Assembly (NCBI GenBank): GCA_963695915.1
Contig: CAVOIO010000030.1
Coordinates: forward strand, 5,814 to 69,813
Direction of reading: 5' to 3'
From: an uncultured beta proteobacterium
Lineage (GTDB): Bacteria; Pseudomonadota; Gammaproteobacteria; Burkholderiales; JACQAP01
Length of the DNA stretch: 64,000 nucleotides
Below the pieces are notes generated by a model that worked only from the letters and a program-made list of their open reading frames with translations, ran no database searches and was not told the DNA's origin. A program made the position numbers and the translations under genes. Shown here one piece after another: positions 22,206-33,777 of this stretch (positions are counted from its first letter, which is position 1; the number at the start of each line of letters is the position of its first letter).

Positions 22206-23669
22206 TTGCAGATCCTTCGCCGGGTGGTGGCGACATGCCTGGTCGTCATCGCGTTTTCGGCAACCGGGGCTGCGGCGGAGCGTCTGCACAGGTACACCGT
22301 CGCAATTGATCCGGAACTCACGACCCTGAACGTGCGGGCGTGCTTCGATGGCGCGCCGCCGCCTTACTCTGGTGGCCGAATCGCTGGACGCATCCTTGGC
22401 GTTGATGGAGGCGCGAGTGGAAAGCACCCGCCGCCAGATCGAGCCGAGCGGCTCGATCAGCCTCAAGACCGTCCCCGACGGCGGCTGCATCCTCTATTCG
22501 GCCAACGTCTCGCGGCCGATCAAACAGCACGACCGCACCGGCGGGAAAATCCAGCGCGTCGGCACGGATCTGCTGACTTCCGTAGGCATGTGGCTTTGGC
22601 GGCCCGACACTCTCGGTCCCGACGATGACATCGAAATCTCCTTCCTGCTTCCCGAGGGCATTTCGGTCTCGGCACCGTGGAGACCGGTCGCCAACTCGCC
22701 CGGAGCATGCCGTGTTCCGCATCGGGCGGGGACCCTGGGACTGGCCGGCGTCGGTGGCGTTCGGCCGCTTCAAGGAGCGCGAAGTGAGTGTCGGAGGCGC
22801 GCGCTTGCGGCTGTCGGTGCTGGACGGATCGCCGGCGGTCGATGTCGAGCAGGTGCAGGCATGGATCGCCGACGCGGCGCAGACGGTGGCCGACCTTTAC
22901 GGGAAATTCCCGGTTCCGCAGGCGCAGATCGTGATCGTGCCCGGCGCGCGCAGCCCCGAGCCGACGCCGTGGGCTTACGTCGTGCGCGGCGGCAGTCCGG
23001 CGGCGCATTTCTTCATCAACCAGCGGCGGCCGATCCGGGAGTTCTATGACGACTGGACTGCGGTGCATGAATTATCGCACCTGCTCCTGCCGTATGTCGG
23101 TTCCGAAGATGCGTGGATCTCGGAGGGCGTGGCCACTTATTACCAAAACGTACTGCGTGCGCGCGGCGGCAGGATGACCGCGCTCGAAGCCTGGGAGCGC
23201 CTGCACGCGGGCTTCCTGCGCGGCATGGACAGCGCGCCCGGAATGACGCTGGCCCAGGCGACCGAGAACATGTACCGCGGCGGCACGCACATGCGCGTCT
23301 ATTGGGAAGGCGCGGCGATGATACTGATCGCCGATGTGCAGCTGCGCCAGATTACCGCCGGCAAGCAATCCATGGACACGGCGCTCGCCAGCGCTCAATG
23401 AATGCTGCAGTTCCACGGAGCGCGCCTGGAGCGGGCGCGAGTTGTTCGACAAGCTCGACGAGATCACCGGAACGTCGGTGTTTCGCGAACTCTACGATCA
23501 GCACGTGGCCTCGAAGAACTTCCCCGACCTGACGCAGGCCTATCGGTCGCTCGGCATCACGATCGAAGGCACCAACATCGAACTCGCTCCGGAGGGCAGG
23601 GAAAAGCAGCTGCGCGACGCAATCATGGAAACCGGTGTGCTGGTGATCAGCGAAGTGCCCGAGCTGTGA
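22206..23669 (+). pseudogene. secreted HExxH zinc metallopeptidase, M61/gluzincin-like (paralog 1), about 3 frameshifts
   Basis: It has a signal peptide (VVATCLVVIAFSATGAAA) and the motif HELSHLLLPYVGSEDAWISEGVATYY (HExxH plus a downstream E). Breaks lie near 22365, 22690 and 23395. Confidence 0.65.
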
Positions 23670-23672
23670 GGG

Positions 23673-24143
23673 ATGGCCGTGACTGAGGTTCTGGTGGTTT
23701 ATCTGCATATCGCGGCGATGATTCTGATCGCGGTGTTTCTTGCGATCGAGTACTTGATGTGCGTTCCGGGGCTGGCGCGGGAAAAGGTGAAACTGCTTGC
23801 GCGCATCGATCTGCTCTACCTGATCGCAGCGGCATTCTGCCCTGGCTACCGGAACAGCGCGGATCGTCTGGTTCGGCAAGGGCGCCGGTTTTTACCTCCA
23901 CAACCCGGTCTTCTACCTCAAGCTGGCGCTGTTCGTCGCCGTTGGATTGATTTCCATTCCCCCGACGATGCAGTATCTGCGCTGGATGCGCATGCTCAAG
24001 ACAGGCGCCGGTGCGGTGCGGCGGACTTCGAAGTGCTGCGCGCGCGCCGTTACGTGCTCGCTGAACTTGTCCTGTTCGCCTTTATTCCGTTGCTGGCGGT
24101 GCTGATGGCGCGCGGTATCGGTATCCAGGTCCCGGCCAGTTGA
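23673..24143 (+). pseudogene. DUF2214-like small membrane protein, about 2 frameshifts
   Basis: MAVTEVLVVYLHIAAMILIAVFL... is followed in another frame by WFGKGAGFYLHNPVFYLKLALFVAVGLISIPPTMQYLRW, and the sequence ends in ...FIPLLAVLMARG. Confidence 0.55.
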
Positions 24144-25625
24144 GTCGTCTTCCGGTGTTGCGAACTTTGCGGTCGTTGCGCCCGCCCGCAACTGGCCAAG
24201 CGAATCTCCTGGCTGCCTTGATGCTTCTGTCCGCGGGCGCAGCATCGGGCGCGCCCCTGCATCGTTACCTCGTGGAGGTCGGCGAATCGCTCGATCTTCT
24301 TGCGGTCAAGGCCTGCTTCGACGGCAAGTTACCTGACGCGCTGGTGGCCGAAACCAGCGGTGCGCGGACCTTTCTCGAAGAAGTGCGCTTGTCCGGCAGG
24401 CTGCTGCAACCGCAGGGCGGCGAACTCATCGCGCTCGACGGGGCCGCGGACAACGCCTGCGTCGACTACCGCGTCAAACTGCGTCCGGCGACCAGCGCCG
24501 CCCAGACCGGCGGCCCCGAGACACGCCGCATCGGCCGCGATCTGCTGACATCGGCGGGCGACTGGTTGTGGCGCCCGCGGGAGCGCGAGGAAGGCACGGA
24601 CGTGGAATTGTCGTTCGTTCTTCCGGCCGGCGTTGCCGTATCGGTGCCATGGGAACGCGCGGCGCGCCGAAGCGGCCAAACCGACTTTCCGGCTCGGTCC
24701 GACGCCCTACAACTGGCCGGCCATTGCTGCCTTCGGACGATTTGCCGAAAGGGAGATCGCCGTGCCGGGCGCACTGCTGCGTCTGGTGTTTCCGGGCGGT
24801 TTGACTCCGACGCAACAGGCTCGCGCCGAACAGTGGATAAGGCGTGCCGCGCACAGCGTGACCACGCTGTACGGGCGCTTTCCGGTCGAATCGGTGCAGG
24901 TGATCGTGGCGACGACGTCACGCGGACGTGGGCCGGTACCGTGGGCTTACGTTTCACGTGGTGGCGGCGCGGGCGTGCATTTGTTCATCGATCCCGATCG
25001 ATCGCCGCAGGAGTTCGATCGCGACTGGAGCGTCACTCACGAAATGTCGCATCTGTTTCTCCCGTATGTCGTCGCACGCGACGCCTGGCTGTTCGAAGGA
25101 TTACCGACTTATCTGCAGAACGTGCTGATGGTGCGAGGCGGCGCGATCGATCCACGAGGAAGGCTGGAGCCGCCTGATCACCGGATTCCAGCGCGGTGCC
25201 CGCGCGGCACGGGCCTGAGCCTGGCGCAGGCCGGCGAGCGCATCGCGATCCGCGGCAATTATCTGCGGGTGTACTGGGCGGGCGCGGCCATGATGTTCGA
25301 TGCCGACCTGCGACTGCGCGAGATCACCCAGGGCGGACAGTCGCTCGATACCGCATTTGCGGGTCTTGCCGATTGCTGTCTTGCGCCGGAGCGGCGCTGG
25401 AGCGCGGACGAACTGGTCGCCACGCTGGACCGGATCAGCGGCACCACGGTATTCGGCGACGTGATGCGCGAGCAGTTCGAAAGCAGTGATTTTCCGGATT
25501 TCAAACGGGTTTTGGTCCGCGCCGGAGTCACTGTCAAGGATGGCGAGGTCGTTCTCGACCCCGCTCCTCCCGGCGCGCCTTTCCGCGAAGCCATTATGCG
25601 CCCGCCCGCCGCTTCGCCTCGCTAA
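24140..25625 (+). pseudogene. secreted HExxH zinc metallopeptidase, M61/gluzincin-like (paralog 2), about 3 frameshifts
   Basis: Collinear with paralog 1: LHRYLVEV.., RIGRDLLTSAGDWLWRP, HEMSHLFLPYVVARDAWLFEGLPTYL. Breaks lie near 24665, and there is a compensating pair near 25150 and 25205. Confidence 0.65.
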
Positions 25626-25655
25626 CCGGAGCCCACACTTTGAAAGAACCATACT

Positions 25656-25843
25656 TCTCACCACGAAGGCACGAAGAACACGAAGAGATCAAGATCTGGT
25701 TGGGATTTACTTGGTGAACTCTCAAATTGTGGTAACTGTGCGAATTTGCCGGTACCTCATGTTGGACCTGCTCTCGTTCATGTGAAGTCCATCCGGCCTT
25801 GCTCTTCGTGTGTCTTCGTGTTCTTCGTGCCTTCGTGGTGAGA
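25656..25843. repeat. IR element copy 6 (canonical CACGAAG arms, 114 bp core)
   Basis: TCTCACCACGAAGGCACGAAGAACACGAAGAG pairs with CTCTTCGTGTGTCTTCGTGTTCTTCGTGCCTTCGTGGTGAGA. The right arm has one extra 8-10 nt unit. Confidence 0.9.
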
Positions 25844-25947
25844 TGTCAGGCCGCTGGTTTTCCCCTCAGGCGGTCTCCTCAATGCAACCGGCGGGATTCC
25901 GTTACCATGAGCGCTTTTTTGCGCAGCCGCCCGGCATCGAAACCGCC

Positions 25948-27371
25948 ATGAAAGCCGACGAGATCTGTTTTCTGCCAGCCCACGAACTGGTTCGGCGCAT
26001 TCGTGCGCGTGAACTGTCCGCGCTGGAAGTCATGGACGCGCACCTGGAGCAGACCGAGAGAGTGAATCCGGCGGTCAATGCGATCGTCACTTATCTTGCC
26101 CGAACTGGCACGCAGCGGCGCAAAAGCGGTGGATGCAGCGCTTGCCCGTGGCGATGATCCCGGCCCGCTCGCGGGACTGCCGGTCGCGCACAAGGACCTC
26201 GCCGTGACCAAGGGCATTCGCACCACGTTTGGCTCGCCGATTTATCGCGACTTCGTGCCCGAGATGGACGCAATCATCGTCGAGCGGCTGAAGCGGGCCG
26301 GCGCGGTCACGATTGGCAAGACCAACACGCCGGAGTTCGGTGCCGGCTCGCAGACATTCAATCCGGTGTTCGGCGCCACACGGAATCCTTACGACCTTTC
26401 CAGGACCTGCGGCGGTAGCAGCGGCGGTGCGGCCGTGGCCTTGGCCTGCGGCATGACGCCGATCGCGGATGGCTCGGACCTGGGCGGATCGCTGCGCAAC
26501 CCCGCGAGCTTCTGCAACGTCGTCGGCATGCGCCCCTCGACCGGGCGCGTACCGAACTGGCCGGGCTTCTCGGCGTGGTTCCCGCTTTCGGTGGTCGGGC
26601 CGATGGCGCGCACGGTGCAGGACGCGGCGCTGATGCTTTCAGCCATCGCCGGTCCCGATCCGCGCTCGCCGATCTCGCTGCAGGAAACGGGGATGATGTT
26701 TGCGCGGCCGCTGGCGCGCGGATTCAAGGGCACCCGTATCGCCTGGAGCGCGGACCTCGGCGGTCTTGCCGGTGGAGCCGGAAGTAGCAGAGACGTTGAA
26801 TGCGCAGCGCGGCGTCCTTGCCGATCTCGGCTGCGTGGTCGAAGACGCCACGCCCGATCTGCGCGATGCCGACGAGATTTTCCGGGTGATGCGTGCCTGG
26901 AATTTCGAGCTTTCCTACGGCCAACTGCTGAAATCCAAACGCAGTCAAATGAAGGACACGGTGATCTGGAACATCGAAGAAGGCGCGCGGCTTACCGGAC
27001 CGCAGGTGGGTGCCGCGGAGTACAAGCGCACCCAACTGTTCCACCGCATGCGCGAGTTCATGGACGATTACGATTTTCTGGTTGCGCCGGTCGCACAGGT
27101 GCTGCCGTTCGACGTCAACGTGCCGTACGTGACTGAAATCAACGGCATCAGGATGGAAAGCTACATCGACTGGATGCGTTCGTGCTATTACATCACCGTG
27201 ACCGGCTCGCCGGCGATATCGGTACCGTGCGGGTTCAGCCGCACCGGCCTGCCGGTCGGCCTGCAGATCGTCGGCCGCCATCGGGACGATTTTGGCGTGT
27301 TGCAGATCGCCCACGCGTTCGAGCAGGCGACCGGCTTCTGGAAACGCAGGCCGACGGTTGCGCAATCCTGA
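25948..27371 (+). pseudogene. amidase (amidase-signature/GatA-like family), 2 frameshifts
   Basis: MKADEICFLPAHELVRRIRARELSALEV..., the AS motif GGSSGGAAVALACGM...GSDLGGSLRNPA, and the C-terminus ...GLPVGLQIVGRHRDD. Breaks lie near 26095 and 26770. Confidence 0.85.
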
Positions 27372-27397
27372 ATGATTTTCTTCCCAATGAGCGAGCG

Positions 27398-28203
27398 ATG
27401 ATTTCTGGTTTGAAGGCAATTCGGATTCCTGTGCGCCGTGCCGGCGTTCCTGGCTGCAATCCTGTGGTGCCTCCGCGCTGGCGCAGAACCCGTCCCCGCC
27501 TTCCAGGGATCGCGTCTATCTGCGTGACATCGAGGGCATCTGGATCAATGAGCAGTATCTGAAAGCGTTGACCGCGCTTCGGAACCCGCATGCAGCGGCG
27601 AAGAAAGACGCCGCCGGTGGTGATCGCCATCAAGCGCGAGGGCCGCGCCTTTCCGATCGTGGTGACCGATTTCAACAAGGCCTCGGTGCAGACGGTGCTC
27701 GACGTCGAGCCGGATGCGAAGCCCGGGTCCTATCGGCTGGTGGTGGGGGCGGGCGACCGGCCGATGACCAGCAACGAAGTGAAGTACGTTTACTTCCAGG
27801 GAAACAGGAATGCGCAGGGCAAGTTCGACCGGCTGCGCTTTGCGGAGATCTTCCTGATGAAGGGCAAGTGGGCGGACTACATCCTGCTTTCCGGCGAAAT
27901 CAGCCCTTACTCAACCGGCTGGTCCTCGCCGGGCGCTACAAGGACGAGCAGGGCCGGGGCTGGGAGTTCAGCGAATCCGGTGAGGCGCGCTGGCCGGATC
28001 AAAAGTTTGTCTACGAACTGTCGCTGAATGATCCGGGAGCGGGCTGCGAGTATCTGCAGACCGAAGACATCAAGGAGGGCGGCGACAACAAGCGCTTCGG
28101 TTATGGTTGGAAAAACGGCAAGCTCTCGATTTACCCGGCACGCATGGTGAACAAGAAGGTACGCTGCGATGCAAGGCCGCTCGCGGTGCTCACGCCGCAG
28201 TAG
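27398..28203 (+). pseudogene. hypothetical secreted protein, about 4 frameshifts
   Basis: Signal-like FGFLCAVPAFLAAILWC is followed by DRVYLRDIEGIWINEQYLKAL, PPVVIAIKREGRAFPIVVTDFNKASVQ and LNRLVLAGRYKDEQGRGWEFSE...ARPLAVLTPQ, spread over three frames. I recognise no family. Confidence 0.45.
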
Positions 28204-28216
28204 AGGGAGGAAGGAG

Positions 28217-28247
28217 CACCGGAAGGCACAACAGAAGGACCGCAAGG
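28217..28247. repeat. solo arm of the IR-element type
   Basis: CACCGGAAGGCACAACAGAAGGACCGCAAGGA has the purine-rich ~8-mer periodicity. No complementary partner is present within 150 bp. Confidence 0.4.
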
Positions 28248-28389
28248 ATTGTCATTCTGAGCATCGCATCCGGAGCTGCACCGTAATAGGGGATTCTGCG
28301 TCCAGGCGCGAGCAATCTGAAACCGATGTTTGCGAACGCGTTTAACACCGGAATCCAATCACAAGGTAACCAACGAAAAGGGGAAAGTC

Positions 28390-28854
28390 ATGAAACGGTT
28401 ATGGGCTCTGCTTTTTGGTTGTGCAATTCTGGGTGTTGGCGCCGCCGGGATGGCGCGTGCCGAAGAGTGCGGCGGTCCGGTAACGGCGGAAGAAGCCCAG
28501 GCGGCGGAGGATGACCGCTACAAGGCGCAGACCACCAACGACTTCGCCGCCATGGAAAGGCTGTTCGGCGACGACCTGGTGTATATCCACTCTTCCGCCG
28601 TGGTGGACAACAAGGCGACGTACATCGATTCGATGCGTTCCGGTACGGTCAAGTACCGGGTCATGCGCCGCAGCGGTGTGACGGTTCGCACTTACGGCTG
28701 CATCGCCATCCTCTCCGGCCAGGCCAACTTCGACGTCACGGTGAAAGGCAAGGACCTGTCGGTGGATCTGCGCTTCCATACGGTCTGGGCCAAGCGCGGC
28801 GGCGGATTGCAGTTTGTGTCCTGGCAGGCCACCCGCGTGCCTGCCCCGCAATAG
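28390..28854 (+). CDS. secreted NTF2-like/SnoaL (DUF4440-like) protein
   Basis: It has the signal peptide MKRLWALLFGCAILGVGAAGMARA, then ...FAAMERLFGDDLVYIHSSAVVDNKATYIDSM. Confidence 0.6.
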   Translation: MKRLWALLFGCAILGVGAAGMARAEECGGPVTAEEAQAAEDDRYKAQTTNDFAAMERLFGDDLVYIHSSAVVDNKATYIDSMRSGTVKYRVMRRSGVTVRTYGCIAILSGQANFDVTVKGKDLSVDLRFHTVWAKRGGGLQFVSWQATRVPAPQ

Positions 28855-29020
28855 ACCAGCTTCAATTGCTTCATTGCGCGCGGCGCAATGCCGCGCGCGC
28901 TTTGCCCCCAGGCGCCCCGCCAGCCCGCGGGACGAAGGAATATGCAGCGTTGGACTCCTGCAATCCTTTGTTCCTACAATTCCGGACTTTTGAGCCGCCG
29001 TCCCGCCTGAGCCGACAATA

Positions 29021-30502
29021 ATGCCGCAAGCCGCGGAAAGGAAACGCACGCCAAGCGTGCAGGATGCCCTCGATCAGGTGCGGGCGCTCCTGCAGAAACA
29101 CCGGATCGTCGAGAGCATGGTCCGCAAGCAGGACATGCCTCGCCACGAACTGGTGGAGTCGCTCGTCCACAAGCAGAACCTCGTTGAGCTGCAGAAGAAG
29201 CTCGACAGGCTCCACCCTGCCGACGTTGCCTACATCCTCGAAGCCCTGCCGCTCGAAGAGCGCCTGGTGCTATGGGACCTGGTCAAGGCCGAGCGCGATG
29301 GCGAAATCCTGCTCGAGGTTTCCGACGCGGTGCGGGAAACCCTCATCGCCAACATGGACTCGCAGGAACTGGTGGCTGCCGCGGAGCAACTCGACACCGA
29401 CGAGATCGCCGACCTGGTCCAGGACCTGCCGCAGGACGTGGTTGCGGGCGTTTTCCAGTCGCTGCCGGTCGAGGAGCGCGAGCAGTTGCGTTCTGCGATG
29501 TCCTACCCGGAGGACTCGGTGGGCGCGCTGATGGACTTCGATATGGTGTCGGTGCGCGACGATGTCACGCTGGAGGTGGTATTGCGCTACCTGCGGCGCA
29601 TGGATGAACTTCCGGACCATACCGACCAGTTGTTCGTGGTGGATCGCGATGAAGCGATCAAGGGCGTGCTGCCGATCAACCGTCTGATCGTCACCGATCC
29701 GGAGGTGCTGGTGGCGTCGGTCATGAACTCCGAGTTCATCTCCTTCTCGCCGGACGACAAGGCGCAGAAGGCCGCACAGGCCTTCGAGCGCTACGATCTG
29801 GTGTCGGCGCCGGTGGTGGACCAGACGAACCGGCTCGCAGGGCGCGTAACCGTGGACGCGGTGGTGGACTTCATCCGCGAGGAGTCCGAGGCGGAGCTTC
29901 TCGGCAAGGCGGGTCTGCGCGAAGAGGAAGATATTTTCGCGTCGGTGTGGAAGAGCGCCAAGAACCGCTGGCTGTGGCTGGCGGTGAATCTGTGCACGGC
30001 CTTCTTCGCCTCGCGCGTGATCGGCGTGTTCGAAGACACCATCGAGAAGCTGGTCGCACTTGCGACGCTCATGCCGATTGTCGCGGGCATAGCCGGCAAT
30101 TCCGGCAATCAGACCACTACGCTCATCATCCGCGCGCTCGCGTTGGGGCAGGTGACCCCGGAGAACGCGCGCCGGATGATTCTCAAGGAACTGGCGATCA
30201 GCCTGCTCAACGGCCTGGTGTGGGGCGGTGTGGCGGGGTTGTTCGCGTGGTGGCTCTACGACAATGTCGCCCTGGGCGTGGTGATGATGAGCGCGATGCT
30301 ACTGAACCTTCTGGTCAGCGCGCTGGTCGGCATAGTCGTTCCGATGGCGATGCAAAGGATGGGCCGGGACCCGGCGATCGGCTCCAGCGTGCTGCTCACG
30401 TTCACTACCGACAGCATGGGATTCTTCATCTTTCTCGGTCTGGCGACCGATCTTCCTGCTGAGTTTAGCGCGATCACGGCGATACGAACATCCAGGCGCT
30501 AG
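29021..30502 (+). CDS. mgtE: magnesium transporter MgtE
   Basis: 493 aa with an N-domain, tandem CBS domains, and a C-terminal membrane domain (...PIVAGIAGNSGNQT...). Confidence 0.9.
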   Translation: MPQAAERKRTPSVQDALDQVRALLQKHRIVESMVRKQDMPRHELVESLVHKQNLVELQKKLDRLHPADVAYILEALPLEERLVLWDLVKAERDGEILLEVSDAVRETLIANMDSQELVAAAEQLDTDEIADLVQDLPQDVVAGVFQSLPVEEREQLRSAMSYPEDSVGALMDFDMVSVRDDVTLEVVLRYLRRMDELPDHTDQLFVVDRDEAIKGVLPINRLIVTDPEVLVASVMNSEFISFSPDDKAQKAAQAFERYDLVSAPVVDQTNRLAGRVTVDAVVDFIREESEAELLGKAGLREEEDIFASVWKSAKNRWLWLAVNLCTAFFASRVIGVFEDTIEKLVALATLMPIVAGIAGNSGNQTTTLIIRALALGQVTPENARRMILKELAISLLNGLVWGGVAGLFAWWLYDNVALGVVMMSAMLLNLLVSALVGIVVPMAMQRMGRDPAIGSSVLLTFTTDSMGFFIFLGLATDLPAEFSAITAIRTSRR

Positions 30503-30651
30503 CTTCGCTCGTATCAAGGCCGGCGATTCATCTTTCGCGGGCGGAACTCCGCAAGCGGCGACGGACCTGAACCGGGTTTCGCGCATATTCCCGGGACGTG
30601 TAAGCTAAACCTGTCCGCGCGACAAAATGGACATCACCAAGGAGTACGCCC

Positions 30652-31608
30652 ATGCTGATTCGACGTCCATCCGACATCAAATCTTCGGAGATTACCGGCC
30701 AATCGCTGTATCGGGACCGGCGCGAATTCATCCGCGCGGCGGCCGCTCTCGGTGCGGCGGGAGGGTTGGCCGCGGCGGGGCTGCTGAGCGCCGGGCAGGC
30801 ACGTTCGGCAGAGAAATTCGCCGGTCTCAAGAAAGGCCCTTTCGCCACCAATGAAACTCTCACGGCGTTCGAATCGATCACCACCTACAACAACTTACTA
30901 CGAGTTCGGCACCGACAAGGAAGACCCGGCGGCGAATGCCGGAAAACTGAAGACCCGCCCGTGGACGGTGAAGGTCGAAGGCGAGGTGAAGAAGCCGAAG
31001 ACTATTCGACATCGAGGAACTGCTCAAGCTCGCCCCACTGGAAGAGCGCATCTACCGCATGCGCTGCGTGGAAGGCTGGTCGATGGTGATCCCGTGGGTC
31101 GGCTATCCGCTCTCGGAACTGATCAAGCGCGTCGAGCCCACCGGCAACGCCAAGTTCGTGGAGTTCTACACGCTGCTCGACCCCGATCAGATGCCGGGGC
31201 AGAAGATGCCGATCCTCGACTGGCCCTACGTCGAGGGCCTGCGCATGGACGAAGCGATGCACCCGCTGACGCTGCTGACGGTGGGACTTTACGGCCAGGC
31301 ACTGCCCAACCAGAACGGTGCGCCGGTGCGCACGGTGGTGCCGTGGAAGTACGGGTTCAAGAGCGCAAAGTCGATCGTGCGTATCCGCTTCACCGAGCAG
31401 CAGCCGAAGACTGCCTGGGAACTGGCGGCCCCGACGCGAATACGGGTTCTATTCCAACGTCAACCCGAAGGTCGACCATCCACGCTGGAGCCAGGCCAGA
31501 GAGCGCCGCATCGGCGAATTCCGCAAGCGCGAGACGCTGATGTTCAACGGCTATGGCGACCAGGTGGCGGGTCTTTATGCCGGCATGGATTTGAAGAAAT
31601 TCTTCTGA
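30652..31608 (+). pseudogene. msrP: protein-methionine-sulfoxide reductase catalytic subunit MsrP (YedY), about 3 frameshifts
   Basis: It has the Tat signal RREFIRAAAALGAAG, then [31 protein letters not shown] and ...[14 protein letters not shown]. Breaks lie near 30895, 31005 and 31440. Confidence 0.88.
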
Positions 31609-31616
31609 GAAAATCG

Positions 31617-31802
31617 CCACCACGGAGACACAAAGGACACAAAGGAATCCAGGAAAAGAACTTCAGGTGAACTCGTGGCGAACAAGCCACGACGTTGCCG
31701 CCAGATACGAACCACGCACGATTCGTCCTGCTAGGCAAGCATTCTAGTGTGTGTTCCGTCGTTTGATAATCTTCCTTCCGTGCCTCTGCGTCTCTGCGGT
31801 GA
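31617..31802. repeat. IR element copy 7 (CACAAAGG versus CCTCTGCG arms)
   Basis: CCACCACGGAGACACAAAGGACACAAAGGAA pairs with TTCCTTCCGTGCCTCTGCGTCTCTGCGGTGA. Five of the mismatches are A:C on the plus strand, which would be U:G on the minus strand. The element lies between msrP and msrQ. Confidence 0.8.
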
Positions 31803-31864
31803 AAGATCCTCATGTATCCAATCGCAACCTGAAGCCGGAATAGATAAAGTGGATCAAGGCGGCG

Positions 31865-32461
31865 GTGTTCGCCGCCTGCCTGATTCCGCTCGCACGCCTG
31901 GCCTGGCTGGGATTCCACAACCGGCTCGGAGCCAACCCGATCGAGTACATCACCCATTCCACCGGCTGGTGGACGCTCACGTTCCTGCTGATCACGCTTT
32001 CGGTGACGCCGTTGCGCCGGCTGCTCAGCCTGCCGTGGCTGTTGCGGCTGCGGCGGATGCTCGGATTGTTCGCATTCTTCTACGTCAGCCTGCACTTCAC
32101 CACTTACATCTGGCTCGACCAGTTCTTCGACTGGATCGAGATCGTCAAGGATGTCGGCAAGCGGCCATTCATCACGGTCGGTTTCAGCGCATTCGTCCTG
32201 CTGATCCCGCTTGCGGCCACGTCCACCAATGCGATGGTGAAGCGCCTCGGTGCCCGGCGCTGGCAGTTCCTGCATCGGCTTGTGTATGCGATCGCCACAC
32301 TGGGCGTGTTGCATTTCTGGTGGCTGGTGAAAAAAGACATCACCGAACCGCTCATCTTTGCCTCGCTGCTCGCCCTGCTGCTGATCATCCGGTTGTTGTA
32401 CCTGCTGAAGCAGCAGCGATCGGCGTCACCACCTTCCGCGGCACGCTCCCAGGTGGCCTGA
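31865..32461 (+). CDS. msrQ: protein-methionine-sulfoxide reductase heme-binding subunit MsrQ (YedZ); true start probably upstream
   Basis: ...[36 protein letters not shown]...[18 protein letters not shown]. The homologous IKWIKAAV sequence lies just upstream, behind a TAG. This suggests an indel, or disruption of the start by the adjacent IR element. Confidence 0.82.
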   Translation: MFAACLIPLARLAWLGFHNRLGANPIEYITHSTGWWTLTFLLITLSVTPLRRLLSLPWLLRLRRMLGLFAFFYVSLHFTTYIWLDQFFDWIEIVKDVGKRPFITVGFSAFVLLIPLAATSTNAMVKRLGARRWQFLHRLVYAIATLGVLHFWWLVKKDITEPLIFASLLALLLIIRLLYLLKQQRSASPPSAARSQVA

Positions 32462-32523
32462 TTGCAGGCGAGCCTCCCGGCGTTTACAGTTGCCGGCCAG
32501 AACTTTCGCAAAAAGGGTGTCGC

Positions 32524-33624
32524 ATGCTGGTCGGCGTGCCGAGGGAAATCAAGGATCACGAGTACCGGGTTGGCCTCACGCCGGCGGGTGTCCATGCGCC
32601 TCGTGGACGCGGCCACCAGGTCTGCGTCGAGACCGGTGCCGGCGCACGCATCGGATTTGCCGATGCCGACTACCTATCGGCTGGCGCGCGCATCGTTGCT
32701 TCTGCGAAGGAGGTCTTTGCTGCGGACATGGTGGTGAAAGTCAAGGAGTTGCAGCCGGCGGAGTTCGGCCTCCCGCGCCGCGGGCAGATCCTGTTTGCCT
32801 ACCAGCACCTGGCACCGGAGCCCGGAGTTGCTCGACGCATTGCTGGCTAGCGGCTGTCAGCGGAATTGCTTATGAGACGGTGACTGACGCGCAGGGCCGG
32901 TTGCCGCTGCTGGCGCCGATGTCGCGGATCGCCGGCAGACTCTCGGTACAGGTTGGTGCCTGGGCGTTGCAGATGGCCAATGGCGGCAGCGGCGTGCTGC
33001 TCGGCGGAGTGCCCGGCGTTGCTGCCGGGAAGGGTGGTGGTTATCGGTGCCGGCGCCGCCGGCGCGAACGCAGTGCAGATCGCGGCCGGCATGGGCGCCG
33101 ACGTCACGGTGCTCGATGTCGACCTCGAGCGCCTCGCGCATCTCGACGAGGTTTATCGCGGCCGGGTGAAAACCTGTTTCTCGGAAGCGCTGGCGATTGC
33201 AGAGCAGGTGGCGCAGGCCGACCTGGCGATCGGAGCGCTTCTCGTGCCCGGCAAGCTCGCCCCCAGGCTGATCTCGCGCAAGCTCCTGCAACGCATGCGG
33301 CCGGGTTCGGTGCTGGTGGACATTGCGATCGACCAGGGCGGCATCGCCGAGACCTCGCGCCCGACTTCGCACTCGCAGCCGCTGTTCGTGGAAGAAGGCG
33401 TGGTGCACTACTGCGTGCCCAACATGCCCTCGGCCTGCGCGCGCACGGCGACGCTGGCGCTGACGCAGGCGACTTTTCCCTATGTGCTAAAGCTTGCCGA
33501 CCGCGGACTCGACGCTCTATCCGACGATGCGGGACTGGCGAACGGCTTGCAGGTCCACGCCGGGCAGGTTACCCACCGCGGCCTGGCTGAAGATGTGAAG
33601 CGGCCGTATCCGCGGTTATGCTGA
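32524..33624 (+). pseudogene. ald: alanine dehydrogenase, about 3 frameshifts
   Basis: [20 protein letters not shown]..., [53 protein letters not shown], and ...VHYCVPNMP. Breaks lie near 32828, 32858 and 33038. Confidence 0.9.
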
Positions 33625-33674
33625 AGTCGCCGCCGGTATGCGTCGGGCCTGAAGCAAACGGCCAAACCGAGAGT

Positions 33675-33702
33675 TCTCACCACGAAGACACGAAGAAAAA
33701 CC
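33675..33702. repeat. solo left-type arm of the IR element at the left edge of the AT-richer island
   Basis: TCTCACCACGAAGACACGAAGAAAAACC has no complementary arm nearby. The nearest complementary arm is at 38277-38309. Confidence 0.7.
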
Positions 33703-33777
33703 AAACAAGAGTATGCGAACCTCGATCGTCGGGCCGGTCAGTTTCACAGGACACGTCTTGAAAAGGCTGTTTAACGT

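Noticed and set aside
25656-25843. Periodic short repeats as a CRISPR array
   Set aside because: The repeat units are only ~8 nt, are directly tandem without spacers, and are mirrored as inverted arms. No cas genes are present.
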